A DNA stretch of 64,000 nucleotides, from the NCBI GenBank assembly GCA_905182715.1, contig CAJJCP010000003.1, positions 67,580-131,579 of the forward strand, written 5' to 3'. How positions within the stretch are numbered: the first letter of the stretch is position 1; each line of letters opens with the position of its first letter. The position numbers and the translations under genes were made by a program. Under the pieces are notes generated by a model, which saw nothing but the letters and a program-made list of their open reading frames with translations, did not search any database and was not told the origin of the DNA. The DNA is from an uncultured Candidatus Poseidoniales archaeon (GTDB taxonomy: Archaea > Thermoplasmatota > Poseidoniia > Poseidoniales > Poseidoniaceae). Below are positions 10,016 to 19,461 of the stretch, piece after piece.

Positions 10016-10186
10016 GTTCAAAGTGATGGAATCTACTTTTTATCCACATGGGGGCCCGTTGTAGTCGTATACAGCCACGGGGATACCCTTCCAAAGCACT
10101 GGCACAAGGCCGTTCAAACAACACATTCATTGGGTTGAGTATTCGGATTGACTCTTACAACTGAAGTAGCGAGGCAGATTTGATAC

Positions 10187-11065
10187 CTATTCCATTTCTG
10201 CGAACTTCTGCTGTTCTTTTTTTGAGAATACAAAACCAGAAAGAAGAACTGCAGAGCCAAGGCATCCCGCAAGAATGAACAGAATTGCTCCGGACATTCC
10301 AGGGCTTGCAATTGCGACGCGCAAGATGACTGTGGAGAGAATGAATCCAGTGTTTCTCGCTAAATGTGCGAATTCGGTAATGTAGTGGTGGGATACCAGT
10401 AAAATCAAGATATCAGCCATGATGAGTACGGTGAAAAAGTCGAGGAAGAAAATGGTGCGATTCGTACTTCCATCTCCGTCAAACACGTTATATGTCCATG
10501 TTGAAAGGGAGTAAATCGCCGTTAAAATATAGACTAAGAGCAGCAAGATTGCAAGTTGCTTTTTCTGTAAAATGAACTTCTCTAAACCTTCACTGTCATT
10601 GGTGATTAAACTTGTTTCACGTTGGGCAGTGCCGAAGAACAGCGCAGTGCCGAAGAGAATCAGAAAGGCCAGACATTCCACTGCTAAGATTGTGATGCTG
10701 TCATCAACTGTCGAGGTGACAGAAGCATCGATATCAGACAATCTCTTCAAAATATCTCGAACAACCAGTAACGTGATAATTTCAAACTGTTTTCCAATCG
10801 AGTTCGTGAACGAATCTGGAATTGTACGAATCAATTCGTACACTTCGTATGCTAAAAAAATGGAGAACGGAGTGTATAATGCGTCGAGGTACGAATCGAA
10901 TAATCCACTGGTTTGTACACTAAAATCGATCAAGCCCAACTGATATAAAAGACATAAAAGTAAGTGGAATAAGAACCCGAATATGGCGGTTCGAATGCAA
11001 AGATGTCTTAGCGTTTCATTCGCTTTGCGACCTAGGATACGATCGTACAACGCGGCACCTAGCAT
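10187..11065 (-). CDS. Hypothetical polytopic membrane protein
   Basis: 292-aa ORF with about 7 hydrophobic segments. No motif recognised. Confidence 0.6.
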   Translation of the reverse strand: MLGAALYDRILGRKANETLRHLCIRTAIFGFLFHLLLCLLYQLGLIDFSVQTSGLFDSYLDALYTPFSIFLAYEVYELIRTIPDSFTNSIGKQFEIITLLVVRDILKRLSDIDASVTSTVDDSITILAVECLAFLILFGTALFFGTAQRETSLITNDSEGLEKFILQKKQLAILLLLVYILTAIYSLSTWTYNVFDGDGSTNRTIFFLDFFTVLIMADILILLVSHHYITEFAHLARNTGFILSTVILRVAIASPGMSGAILFILAGCLGSAVLLSGFVFSKKEQQKFAEME

Positions 11066-11495
11066 GCTCCTACCTCAAATGAATCACTCAAATAGGTGCG
11101 TTCCAGCCCGTACATGAATTTGGATGAATTACTCAGGGGTGCGTTTGCTAATCTACTTCTCTTTGGTCAACGCTTATACTTTGTTCACCAAGGCACCACT
11201 GAACAGCAGAACGCCGAACGCGCAGGTGGTTGCCAGTTAGCGAATTCGATGGCAGCGGCACCTAGGATTTCTCTGATTCTGTCTGCTATCCATATAACCC
11301 ACTCAAACAGAGAGTCGGTGAATTTTTCTCGCTCGGCATTGATGATTGCCAAGGATTTGAACCCCTGTTCATATCGTATCATACAGAAATAAAGTGTTAG
11401 CACACAACACCCATTGATTCCGAATCGTTGAATGAATGGGGTTTCAGTGGGTCTGTACAGCCGCCAATCTTGGAAAAAGGCAATTGAAAACTCAA

Positions 11496-14294
11496 TCAAC
11501 GGTTCTTGAGGTAGTCTGCACCATACCAAGCCCATTGGTCCATTGTCCAACCTTCAGGCAATCCCTCAGGCGGCAATGGTGGAGTCACTGGGACGGTCGG
11601 AGCTGTTGGCATTGTGGGTGCAACAGGTGCAACAAGTGGGGTGAATGGGACAGGTATCTTTTGGTCAAAGTCGGTGTTGAGGGGATTTTGCTTTCCTCGT
11701 CGACTTACAACTCCAAAAGCAACCAACGCCAAACCAACTATTGCAATTCCCGCTATGGCCAAAACCATTGGCAAAGAGGAACTTTCTGCAGCGAACTGCC
11801 GAGCAGCATCATTTGGAAATACATCGCCTTCATCTGACCAACCATCGCCGTCAGTGTCGAGACAACCGATTCGGTCTTGATTTGAAGTTCCAGCAACCTC
11901 AGGACAGTCGTCTGACATATTCGTTCCTTGTTGATCAGGATGGCCATCTTCATCGATGTCAGACCAAAATCGGACATCATCTACGAAAACATCGAGGTTA
12001 TCTCCCCAGCCATCTCCATCAGAATCTGGGCAACCGAGTTCTTGTTCTGTTGAGGTACCAAATACTCCAGGGCAACTGTCGGGGAAGTTTCCATTTCTTG
12101 AATCTCCATACCCATCCATGTCTGCGTCAACGTGCTGCGTTGCATCTTCAGGGAAAGCATCACCAGCATCTGACCATCCGTCTCCATCGGTATCGAGGCA
12201 ACCAAACACATCTTCGGTTGAGGTTCCTGCAATATCAGGGCAAATATCTCCTCGGTATCCAGTCGAAGAATCTCCATAGCCATCATCATCTCGGTCTGCA
12301 TGTTGAGTGCTGTAAGTAGGGAATGCGTCAGCACCATCTGTGGCCAACCAGGTGGCATCAGGGTCTGACCAACCATCTCTATCCGTGTCCAGGCAGCCGA
12401 TTCGGTCATTCGATGAAATACCAGCTACTGTAGGGCAGTGGTCTCCTTCTAAACCGTCGACTTCATCGCCAAAGCCATCACCATCAAGGTCGGACCATTG
12501 AGTAGGTTCTGTAGGGAATTCATCGACAGAATCGGCATACCCATCAGCATCCCAATCATCGCATCCAATGACAGAACCAGCATCACTCGTACCTGCATTA
12601 TCGGGGCAATTATCAATACTGTCTGAGAATCCATCGTTGTCATCGTCAAGGTCTTCAGTATTATCTTCACAACCGTCTTGGTCGCCATCATTCGACATGA
12701 TTGAGAAGAAAGAAGGAGAACTCATTGGACAGAGGTCGACTTCTGCTGATGATTCCGAACATGTCCAAAACCCATCCATAACAGCAGCGTCACAAATACG
12801 GTCATTATCATCGTCGTAATCTTCACCAGCGTCTCTACAACCGTCCATATCATAGTCAGTAGAGGAAGAAGAGGTCCAAGCAAGATCTCCAGTTGCACAG
12901 TAATCAGCGTCATCATCCATACCATCGTTATCGTCGTCATTATCTTCGGTTAAATCCGCACAACCGTCCATGTCATGGTCGGTCGCCGTTGAAGATATCC
13001 AACTTAAATTCCCAAGAGCGCAGTCATCATCGATATCTAAAACCGCATCATTGTCATCATCCGCATCACAAAGGTCACCGAACGCATCACCGTCGTGGTT
13101 GGCTTGTGCAGCGTTCGCAATGAATGGGCAGTTGTCGACTTCGTCGCCGACGCCATCTCCGTCCTCGTCCATGTAAGGGTCCATTCGAATAACTTCGTCA
13201 CGTCCATTATCAACGTAGTAAAGATTTCCATTTGGCCCTATTTCAATACCCATAATCGAAGAAGCCGATGTTTGAACAGTTTCTGTTTCAGATGCACTTT
13301 TTCCATCGGAATTCAAATCAAATGCAGTCAGTTTCCCGTTACCATTTTGTGAGACAAACAATCGGTCACCGTCAAGTGCAATTCCCGAAGGCCTGTTAAG
13401 GCCAGTGGCAAGAACGCCCCATTCGATTCCAGTCATTTCAGAATATTCTTGAAGTGGTTCTAATCGAGTTGAAGAGCTCATTATGTTCTGTGATGAAACC
13501 GATGTGTCGTCAGTATTGACCCATACAACACGGTTCGCACCTGCATCTGCAATGTAGAGGATGCCTGAACTTTTATCCAAAACCATGTGGCCTGGAATCC
13601 CATAAGCATGAGTAAGTTGCACTTCAGAATACCTACGAACCATTCCATCTGAATGGTCATCTTCACCCGTGTCGTGGTCTAATTGGAAATCGTAGAAGAC
13701 CAATTCTCCGTAATATCCATCATTGTACCAGTATGCGTTGGCAGAATCATGAGCGATTCCTACGCCGTATGGGGATTCATGGAGCATGTCGATATGGCTG
13801 CCCAAAAGGCCGTTCCCGTTATTTTGATTTTCCACTGCAAAATGGCTTAAGGACGACGGCCACAAAGCCGGGCCCATGAAATTATTCGCTGCTCCTTGGC
13901 CACAGAATGTATTTCTCGTTTCTTGAGCAGAACCCCATTGCCAATCAAACTCGGGATGATATGCGCCAAACGAAATTGCACTTACTTCTTCAAGGAAATG
14001 GTTTCGGTTCGAATCTTTACGATTCTGTGAGGTCTGAGTCTCAAGTCCTGTGTCCTCAATAATGGTGATGCTGTCAGTATTTCGATTTGCCACCCAGAGT
14101 TCGTTTGCTCGACCTGGATGGAATTCTAAATCCCGAGGATCAGAGAGCTCATCGGTCGAATCCGCAATGACTACTTCATCGAAGCCAACACCAAATTGCT
14201 CAACCAAAGGCGCTTCCTTCGTGGCTGTAGCATAAGATGGGATTGAAAAGAGTAGAATGCTTAAAAGAAGAATAGCGGCTTGCTTATTCACCAT
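11496..14294 (-). CDS. Surface protein: signal peptide, NHL/beta-propeller-like domain, TSP3-like Ca-binding repeats with Cys-containing modules, TM anchor, Pro/Trp-rich cytoplasmic tail
   Basis: 932-aa ORF. N-terminus is MVNKQAAILLLSILLFSIPSYA. NHL-like strands are present (GILYIADAGANRVVWVN, LFVSQNGNGKLTAFD, NLYYVDNGRDEVIRMD). There are 4-5 tandem ~55-aa modules of the form GC.D.D.DGWSD..D.FP.D.TQ..D.D.DGYGD...CP...GTS. TM helix is LPMVLAIAGIAIVGLALVAFGVV. Confidence 0.85.
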   Translation of the reverse strand: MVNKQAAILLLSILLFSIPSYATATKEAPLVEQFGVGFDEVVIADSTDELSDPRDLEFHPGRANELWVANRNTDSITIIEDTGLETQTSQNRKDSNRNHFLEEVSAISFGAYHPEFDWQWGSAQETRNTFCGQGAANNFMGPALWPSSLSHFAVENQNNGNGLLGSHIDMLHESPYGVGIAHDSANAYWYNDGYYGELVFYDFQLDHDTGEDDHSDGMVRRYSEVQLTHAYGIPGHMVLDKSSGILYIADAGANRVVWVNTDDTSVSSQNIMSSSTRLEPLQEYSEMTGIEWGVLATGLNRPSGIALDGDRLFVSQNGNGKLTAFDLNSDGKSASETETVQTSASSIMGIEIGPNGNLYYVDNGRDEVIRMDPYMDEDGDGVGDEVDNCPFIANAAQANHDGDAFGDLCDADDDNDAVLDIDDDCALGNLSWISSTATDHDMDGCADLTEDNDDDNDGMDDDADYCATGDLAWTSSSSTDYDMDGCRDAGEDYDDDNDRICDAAVMDGFWTCSESSAEVDLCPMSSPSFFSIMSNDGDQDGCEDNTEDLDDDNDGFSDSIDNCPDNAGTSDAGSVIGCDDWDADGYADSVDEFPTEPTQWSDLDGDGFGDEVDGLEGDHCPTVAGISSNDRIGCLDTDRDGWSDPDATWLATDGADAFPTYSTQHADRDDDGYGDSSTGYRGDICPDIAGTSTEDVFGCLDTDGDGWSDAGDAFPEDATQHVDADMDGYGDSRNGNFPDSCPGVFGTSTEQELGCPDSDGDGWGDNLDVFVDDVRFWSDIDEDGHPDQQGTNMSDDCPEVAGTSNQDRIGCLDTDGDGWSDEGDVFPNDAARQFAAESSSLPMVLAIAGIAIVGLALVAFGVVSRRGKQNPLNTDFDQKIPVPFTPLVAPVAPTMPTAPTVPVTPPLPPEGLPEGWTMDQWAWYGADYLKNR

Positions 14295-14396
14295 GTATGT
14301 CCCAAAATGCGATATGCTTTGATACCTTGCCCTTCATAATCATTCTAAAAGAAAAATTAACTCCAATTTATTCCGGCGGATTGCCCCAGGAGTAAA

Positions 14397-15365
14397 TCAA
14401 ACATTCGAATCTTTGAGCTTACTCGCCGCCATTGCTTTTGAGAACAGTGGAGGGATGAGGGCCAGCCAGAACATCAGGTAGTATCCAAACGGCAACTGCG
14501 GCGCATCATCGTGAGTGTCGAGGCCGTAATAAGGCAAACTCGATTTCAGGTGATGGGATGGGTGCAGGGGCAATTCTAACAGTGTCCAGCGTGACCAGCG
14601 AGAACGACTTTCCCACGCATGTGCAGCAGTTCCACGTTCCCCATCTTCGCGCTGCAAGCCGTGATGCTGGAGAAAGTTGACGTATTCAAGAATGAAAATC
14701 GCGAACCCTGCTTGAAGAAGAAAACCAGCTAACACGGCTGGATTGAGGATGAAAAGCCCAAGAACGAGCAAACCTTCGACCGCAAGTGAACGCCCCGTAT
14801 CGACAGGACGTGCCCGCCAAGCACCAATGACTTGCAGAGGTACAGTTCGAAGGACATGGACGTAGAGATTCCGTCCGAACGGCGAAGATGTCGGGTCAAC
14901 ATCTCTCGCCCAATGTTTGTGATGCGTGTGATTATGTTCAGTTGTGAAGTGTAAATACAGTACGCATAACAGGTCGAGGCGAGCAAGCCACCAACTGAAG
15001 GAACGAGGACGACGATGGCCCAACTCATGCGCAGTTACGATTCCACTCGCTCCAGAGGAGAAGCCGATAGAAACAGCGCCTAAAGCCACGAACTGATTCC
15101 ACCCAGTCACATGTATTTGCCACAAGAGTATCACAATTGCAATCGGAACAAGAAGCCCGTGCAGATGAAGAATAATATCAAAGGCACGCCCTTGGTTTAC
15201 ACGACTTCCAGCGTCATCATTGCCAAAAACAACATCCAAGAGTGGATAGAGGATAAGAAGCAGCACAATTACGCTGCCAGACCACCAGCCACCGATAATG
15301 ATTCCTAAGATCGCTACGAGGGGAGTGACTAAACCAAGCAGATGAGGGGCCCATCGTTGCATCAT
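14397..15365 (-). CDS. AlkB-like integral-membrane di-iron hydroxylase (fatty-acid desaturase superfamily)
   Basis: 322-aa ORF with His boxes HELGHR, EHNHTHH, NFLQHHGL and LHPSHH. Their order and spacing match alkane-1-monooxygenase-type enzymes. Several TM helices. Confidence 0.8.
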   Translation of the reverse strand: MMQRWAPHLLGLVTPLVAILGIIIGGWWSGSVIVLLLILYPLLDVVFGNDDAGSRVNQGRAFDIILHLHGLLVPIAIVILLWQIHVTGWNQFVALGAVSIGFSSGASGIVTAHELGHRRPRSFSWWLARLDLLCVLYLHFTTEHNHTHHKHWARDVDPTSSPFGRNLYVHVLRTVPLQVIGAWRARPVDTGRSLAVEGLLVLGLFILNPAVLAGFLLQAGFAIFILEYVNFLQHHGLQREDGERGTAAHAWESRSRWSRWTLLELPLHPSHHLKSSLPYYGLDTHDDAPQLPFGYYLMFWLALIPPLFSKAMAASKLKDSNV

Positions 15366-15610
15366 ATCATGGAGTGTTACGCGCTTCCTTTGTAAAGACT
15401 AGCCACTCACGCGACTTGAACGTAAACCTCCGTGTAAGGCGCCAAAACGACGGTTGCTTCATCATCAAGAACAAGATGGCGAGCCATGGGCGGACTTCTA
15501 CGAGGGGGCGCTCAGTCTTTGCATCGCCTTACCAAATTAAATTCCACCTATTTCACAGAATTACAATTGAACTACTGTGTACAGGATTTACTTCTAAAGG
15601 GGGGCACTCA

Positions 15611-16546
15611 ATGAAGACCGCAATTCTTCTTCTTGGCTTCAATCGCGTGGACTATTTCCAACAAACGCTTGCAGCTCTTGAAGCAAATAAGGCAGCGTAT
15701 GACTGTGACCTTCATGTCTACCTCGACGGTGGAGAGAAAGCACGTCAAAATGATCTTATTGAACTGGTTAAAAACTCATCTTTCCAGAACCCAACCTTTG
15801 TTCTTCGAGAAGAGAACTGGGGCATAGGCCGTCATCTTATCGATGCCCGCAGAACATTATTCGACGACCTTTCATATGATCGAATCATCCTCCTTGAGGA
15901 TGATATGCTGCTTGCTCCGAGCTATATTCAGACGGTGCTCGACCTGTTAGATTGGTCTCAAGACTTTTGTGACATTGGGACTGTAATGGCCTACAATATC
16001 AACCATGATTCTGCTGAATTACAAACCCACCAAATGGAACACGTCGTGGCAACGAACCGACATTTTTGGGGCTATGCCATGACGCGAGAGGTTTGGGATA
16101 TCATCAAACATATCATCTATGATTTTGAAAAGAAATATTTGTCTAAAAACACCTACAGGGACCGTTCACATTTCCGAATCCGTTGGATGTTTATGCGCTC
16201 CATCATGTCGAAAAAACGACACATACGAACAGGAAAGAACCTCATTCCTGATGCGTGTTTAACGCCACCATTCCCTCGAATCCCTCGAAAATCTCCAACA
16301 AGCCAAGACGCTATTACTGCGCTTGCTCTCTGGCATCACGGGTTTGGACGAATTACGATGCGTGTTTCACGTGCAGAATATATCGGCGTAGAAGGGTTTT
16401 CATTCTCTCCAAAACTGTACGCTGACTTTGGGTTTGAAAATCAAAATACACAAGACTTGTCTCAATTCACCACAGCAGTGACTCAGTATGAATTCGCAAC
16501 ACATGATGAGCAAGGCAGTATTCTCAAACCTCGGCCGTATGAATGA
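15611..16546 (+). CDS. GT-A fold glycosyltransferase, GnT-I (GT13)-like
   Basis: I prefer ATG 15611 (MKTAILLLGFNRVDYF) inside tracked ORF 15374-16546. ILLLGFNR, YLDGG, GIGRHLIDARR and ILLEDDMLLAPSY parallel the GnT-I blocks (ACDR / QDCG / EDDLEVAPDF). The comparison is from memory. Confidence 0.6.
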   Translation: MKTAILLLGFNRVDYFQQTLAALEANKAAYDCDLHVYLDGGEKARQNDLIELVKNSSFQNPTFVLREENWGIGRHLIDARRTLFDDLSYDRIILLEDDMLLAPSYIQTVLDLLDWSQDFCDIGTVMAYNINHDSAELQTHQMEHVVATNRHFWGYAMTREVWDIIKHIIYDFEKKYLSKNTYRDRSHFRIRWMFMRSIMSKKRHIRTGKNLIPDACLTPPFPRIPRKSPTSQDAITALALWHHGFGRITMRVSRAEYIGVEGFSFSPKLYADFGFENQNTQDLSQFTTAVTQYEFATHDEQGSILKPRPYE

Positions 16547-16556
16547 TTTGGTTACG

Positions 16557-17534
16557 ATGTCATACAATGTAGGCGTAGTAGGTTGTGGCCGTTGGGGCAC
16601 AAAACATCTTGAAACACTTGTACAATTGAAAAGTCAAGGGTTCATTGACGGAATATATGCTTGCGATGTCAACCCAAACCGTCTGGAAGCAATAGACCCG
16701 TTAATCGACGGAGTGTTCCAAGGCTGGACGGAAATGCATGCGTCTGTCAAACTGGATCTGGTTTCTATTGCGACTCCAAATGCAACTCATTCCCTTCTTG
16801 GAATCGCCATGCTACAGAAAGGGCTCAATGTCCTGGTCGAGAAACCCCTCGGGGCATCTTTCGAAGAGGTGAAGCATCTATGCGACGCAGCTCGAAAAAG
16901 CACGGGAACGCTCCATTCCGGGTATCTTTTACGCTACCACCCTGGAATAGAATATGCGCAGCACCTCATCAAAGAACATGCCATAGGGCAAGTTAAATCA
17001 ATTCGATACACAAAATATTCTTCCCGCCAGAAACCAGCAAACGCCAATGTTATTGAGAATTTAGCATCCCATGCTTTCGCTCTTATTCCCTCGTTTCTTG
17101 TATCCGAATCATCTCCTCTTTTTCCGGTTGCAATCGCACTTGAAAACGACAGACCTTCGTCTCTTTCATCCGCCCTTCAGGCGAAATTCCACATGGTGTA
17201 TGCAGGTCAAGAAAGCCGACCCCGAACCGATGTAGAAGTGTATGTTGGATGGGGGCAAGCAGATAGGAATCGCCTTACAATTGAAGGAACGAAACAACAT
17301 ATCCGTCTTGATTTTAGAGAGCATAAATCAATAGAATGCGGGTCGCAAAGAACAGGGTATAGAACACTGCCAACACCCCATTCAACCCCGCCCCTTGAAG
17401 CCCAATACAAACACATTCTTTCAAACAACGACCTCGCTCTCGAAAGTATAGACGACCACCTTCGAACCGCATCCCTGCTCGACAAAGCAACATCCCTTGC
17501 CCGCCAATACCACCTTCAGAACGTAGAGAATTGA
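16557..17534 (+). CDS. Gfo/Idh/MocA-family NAD(P)-dependent oxidoreductase
   Basis: I prefer the start giving MSYNVGVVGCGRWG (Rossmann GxGxxG), inside ORF 16488-17534. The family EKP motif (VLVEKPL) is present. Confidence 0.8.
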   Translation: MSYNVGVVGCGRWGTKHLETLVQLKSQGFIDGIYACDVNPNRLEAIDPLIDGVFQGWTEMHASVKLDLVSIATPNATHSLLGIAMLQKGLNVLVEKPLGASFEEVKHLCDAARKSTGTLHSGYLLRYHPGIEYAQHLIKEHAIGQVKSIRYTKYSSRQKPANANVIENLASHAFALIPSFLVSESSPLFPVAIALENDRPSSLSSALQAKFHMVYAGQESRPRTDVEVYVGWGQADRNRLTIEGTKQHIRLDFREHKSIECGSQRTGYRTLPTPHSTPPLEAQYKHILSNNDLALESIDDHLRTASLLDKATSLARQYHLQNVEN

Positions 17535-17543
17535 AACCTCCTC

Positions 17544-17936
17544 TTGCGAGTCTTCAAGAATCAAAGGCGCTTCGCTATCGACATGGGCCTTTCCTTTGTG
17601 ACCGTTCAACGCATGTTCCTCGGAAGTTTTCTTGTCTCCTTCTTCACATGGATTCTCCAAGGCAACCTTATGGATGCCACACTGACCCTTATCGGGCTAT
17701 CAGCACTCACTGGAATTACCTGGGGCTTGTCTGAAAAAGAGATTGCATTCGAAGCACTCGGCCTAAATGCAGAAGGTATTTTGGTCATTTTCAGTTTTCT
17801 CGCCTCGATTGCTATTTTTGCCCAGATATGTATCGGCGTCTTCGATTTCCCAATGATCGGCTCCTACGTCCTATCGCTGTTTTTCGTCGGGTCTTTTTGG
17901 TGGACTGGCGCCCTTATTCAGCCTAAAACAAACTGA
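17544..17936 (+). CDS. Small hypothetical membrane protein
   Basis: 130-aa ORF with 3-4 hydrophobic helices. The start is uncertain. Confidence 0.45.
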   Translation: MRVFKNQRRFAIDMGLSFVTVQRMFLGSFLVSFFTWILQGNLMDATLTLIGLSALTGITWGLSEKEIAFEALGLNAEGILVIFSFLASIAIFAQICIGVFDFPMIGSYVLSLFFVGSFWWTGALIQPKTN

Positions 17937-17951
17937 TTTTCTCCCCCGCCT

Positions 17952-19352
17952 TTGATGCGAAGGGTGAAATGCTCCTCGTTCCGACGATGGCCGATTGCAA
18001 TGGCTAAGTTCGGCGACCACCCCCCCCTCCCTCAACCAATTGAAGCCTTGTTGATGGAGCAGGTGCACACCGTCTTTCTCAAGGCCGATTGCCCCCCCCG
18101 AGTCAAACAAGGTTCAATTGGAGACCTTCGGTTAATCGAAGTAGAATCCGAGCAAAATTGGGATACGCTGAGAATGGAGGCGCTACAAGAAGAACTTGGG
18201 GACCTCGTTGATGAAAACCGTCACCGAAGTGATTGTTTTCTTGAAATTGACCGAAACGGGTGCAAAGTTATTCAACTCGGAGATTTGAGAATCGCTTGTG
18301 CATGGCCTCCTTTTGCTGATGCTCGAGAAATCACCATTGTCCGGCCCGTTGCCAAACTTTCTCTCGATGAGTATGAGTTGGATGAGCGACTAATCGCCCG
18401 TTTAGCAGACCACCACCGTGGTGTTTTCATTTGTGGACGCCCGGGTTCTGGAAAAACAACCCTCGCCCAAGCTATTGCAGAATACCTCGACACCGATATT
18501 GGGGCTATGGTCAAAACCATGGAAGCGCCCCGTGATTTGCAACTCGCCGACCGTATCACTCAATACGCTCCACTCGAAGGAGATCTTGAGAAAACAGCGG
18601 AAATCATCTTCCTGGTTCGCCCAGATTTCGTCATTTTTGATGAAGTGCGCCGTGCACGTGATTTCGAAATATTCGCTGACGTCCGCCTTGCCGGTGTTGG
18701 GCTTCTCGGCGTTACCCACGCCAATTCGGCCCTCGAAGCGATTCAGCGTTTGATTGGAAAAGTCGAATTGGGCCTTGTTAGCCAAGTGCTTGACACCATT
18801 ATTCACGTTGAAGCAGGACAAATTCAGCAAGTTCTTGAATTGAGAATGACCGTAAAACCGCCAACAGGAATGCAAGAAGAACTTGCACGGCCAGTGATTG
18901 AAGTCGTTGAATTCCCAAGCGGTAAAATCACTCACGAAATGTTTGCATTTGGTTCTGAAATCGCCGTTGTGCCCGTTGAAGGCCGTACTGCCGCCGCCGT
19001 ATCACCGCTCAAATCACTTGCCCGAGATCAACTGATTCACATTATCCAGCAATGGGTTGGTGTACAATGCCAAGTCCAATTCAAAGGCGAAACCAGTGCG
19101 ACAATTTACGCTCCTCAAAATATGATTTCTACCCTCATTGGTAAAGGTGGAGAAAATGTTCGCCAACTGCAAGAGGAATTAGGCGGTATGCACCTTAACA
19201 TCGAATCGTTTGAAGACATGCCTGAAGGCCTTCGAGCTCCTAAAAAGAACAATTGGGAAGACGAATCTGACCGCCGTAGCAAAGACAGCCGTTCATGGGA
19301 AAACCAATCTCGTGGCTCTAAACCGCGCAAAGGCAAAAAGAATCGAAGATAG
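17952..19352 (+). CDS. Archaeal PilT-like ATPase with C-terminal KH domain (COG1855-type)
   Basis: 466-aa ORF. Walker A is GRPGSGKTTLAQA and Walker B is VIFDEVR. The KH GxxG motif is ISTLIGKGGENVRQLQEELG. The tail is basic. Confidence 0.8.
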   Translation: MMRRVKCSSFRRWPIAMAKFGDHPPLPQPIEALLMEQVHTVFLKADCPPRVKQGSIGDLRLIEVESEQNWDTLRMEALQEELGDLVDENRHRSDCFLEIDRNGCKVIQLGDLRIACAWPPFADAREITIVRPVAKLSLDEYELDERLIARLADHHRGVFICGRPGSGKTTLAQAIAEYLDTDIGAMVKTMEAPRDLQLADRITQYAPLEGDLEKTAEIIFLVRPDFVIFDEVRRARDFEIFADVRLAGVGLLGVTHANSALEAIQRLIGKVELGLVSQVLDTIIHVEAGQIQQVLELRMTVKPPTGMQEELARPVIEVVEFPSGKITHEMFAFGSEIAVVPVEGRTAAAVSPLKSLARDQLIHIIQQWVGVQCQVQFKGETSATIYAPQNMISTLIGKGGENVRQLQEELGGMHLNIESFEDMPEGLRAPKKNNWEDESDRRSKDSRSWENQSRGSKPRKGKKNRR

Positions 19353-19461
19353 AACCGTTTTGTTCATCTTTCTGAAATCTCTTTAATGAACCATCGAACG
19401 TTTTTTTCTAAATGGCAAGGCAAGAGAAAGGGTTCATCTATACGCTTCACCGCCGCTTGAA

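Noticed and set aside
11066-11495. ORFs 11096-11392 (+) and 11185-11550 (-) in the 430-nt gap between two minus-strand genes
   Set aside because: Neither has convincing composition or motifs, and one overlaps the neighbouring gene's 3' end. The gap is left unannotated. It might hold a small gene or a regulatory region.
11614-13352. Many 60-190-aa ORFs on both strands inside 11496-14294 (e.g. 11741-12319, 11981-12409, 12449-12691)
   Set aside because: Their compositions (His/Arg/Leu-rich, or Met/Thr-rich) are typical off-frame readings of GAY-rich repeat DNA. All of them are nested in the 932-aa ORF.
15374-15610. 79-codon N-terminal extension of the glycosyltransferase ORF
   Set aside because: The extension is Arg/Ser/His-rich and overlaps the divergent promoter region. 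The conserved GT N-terminus (MKTAILLLGFNR) begins at ATG 15611.
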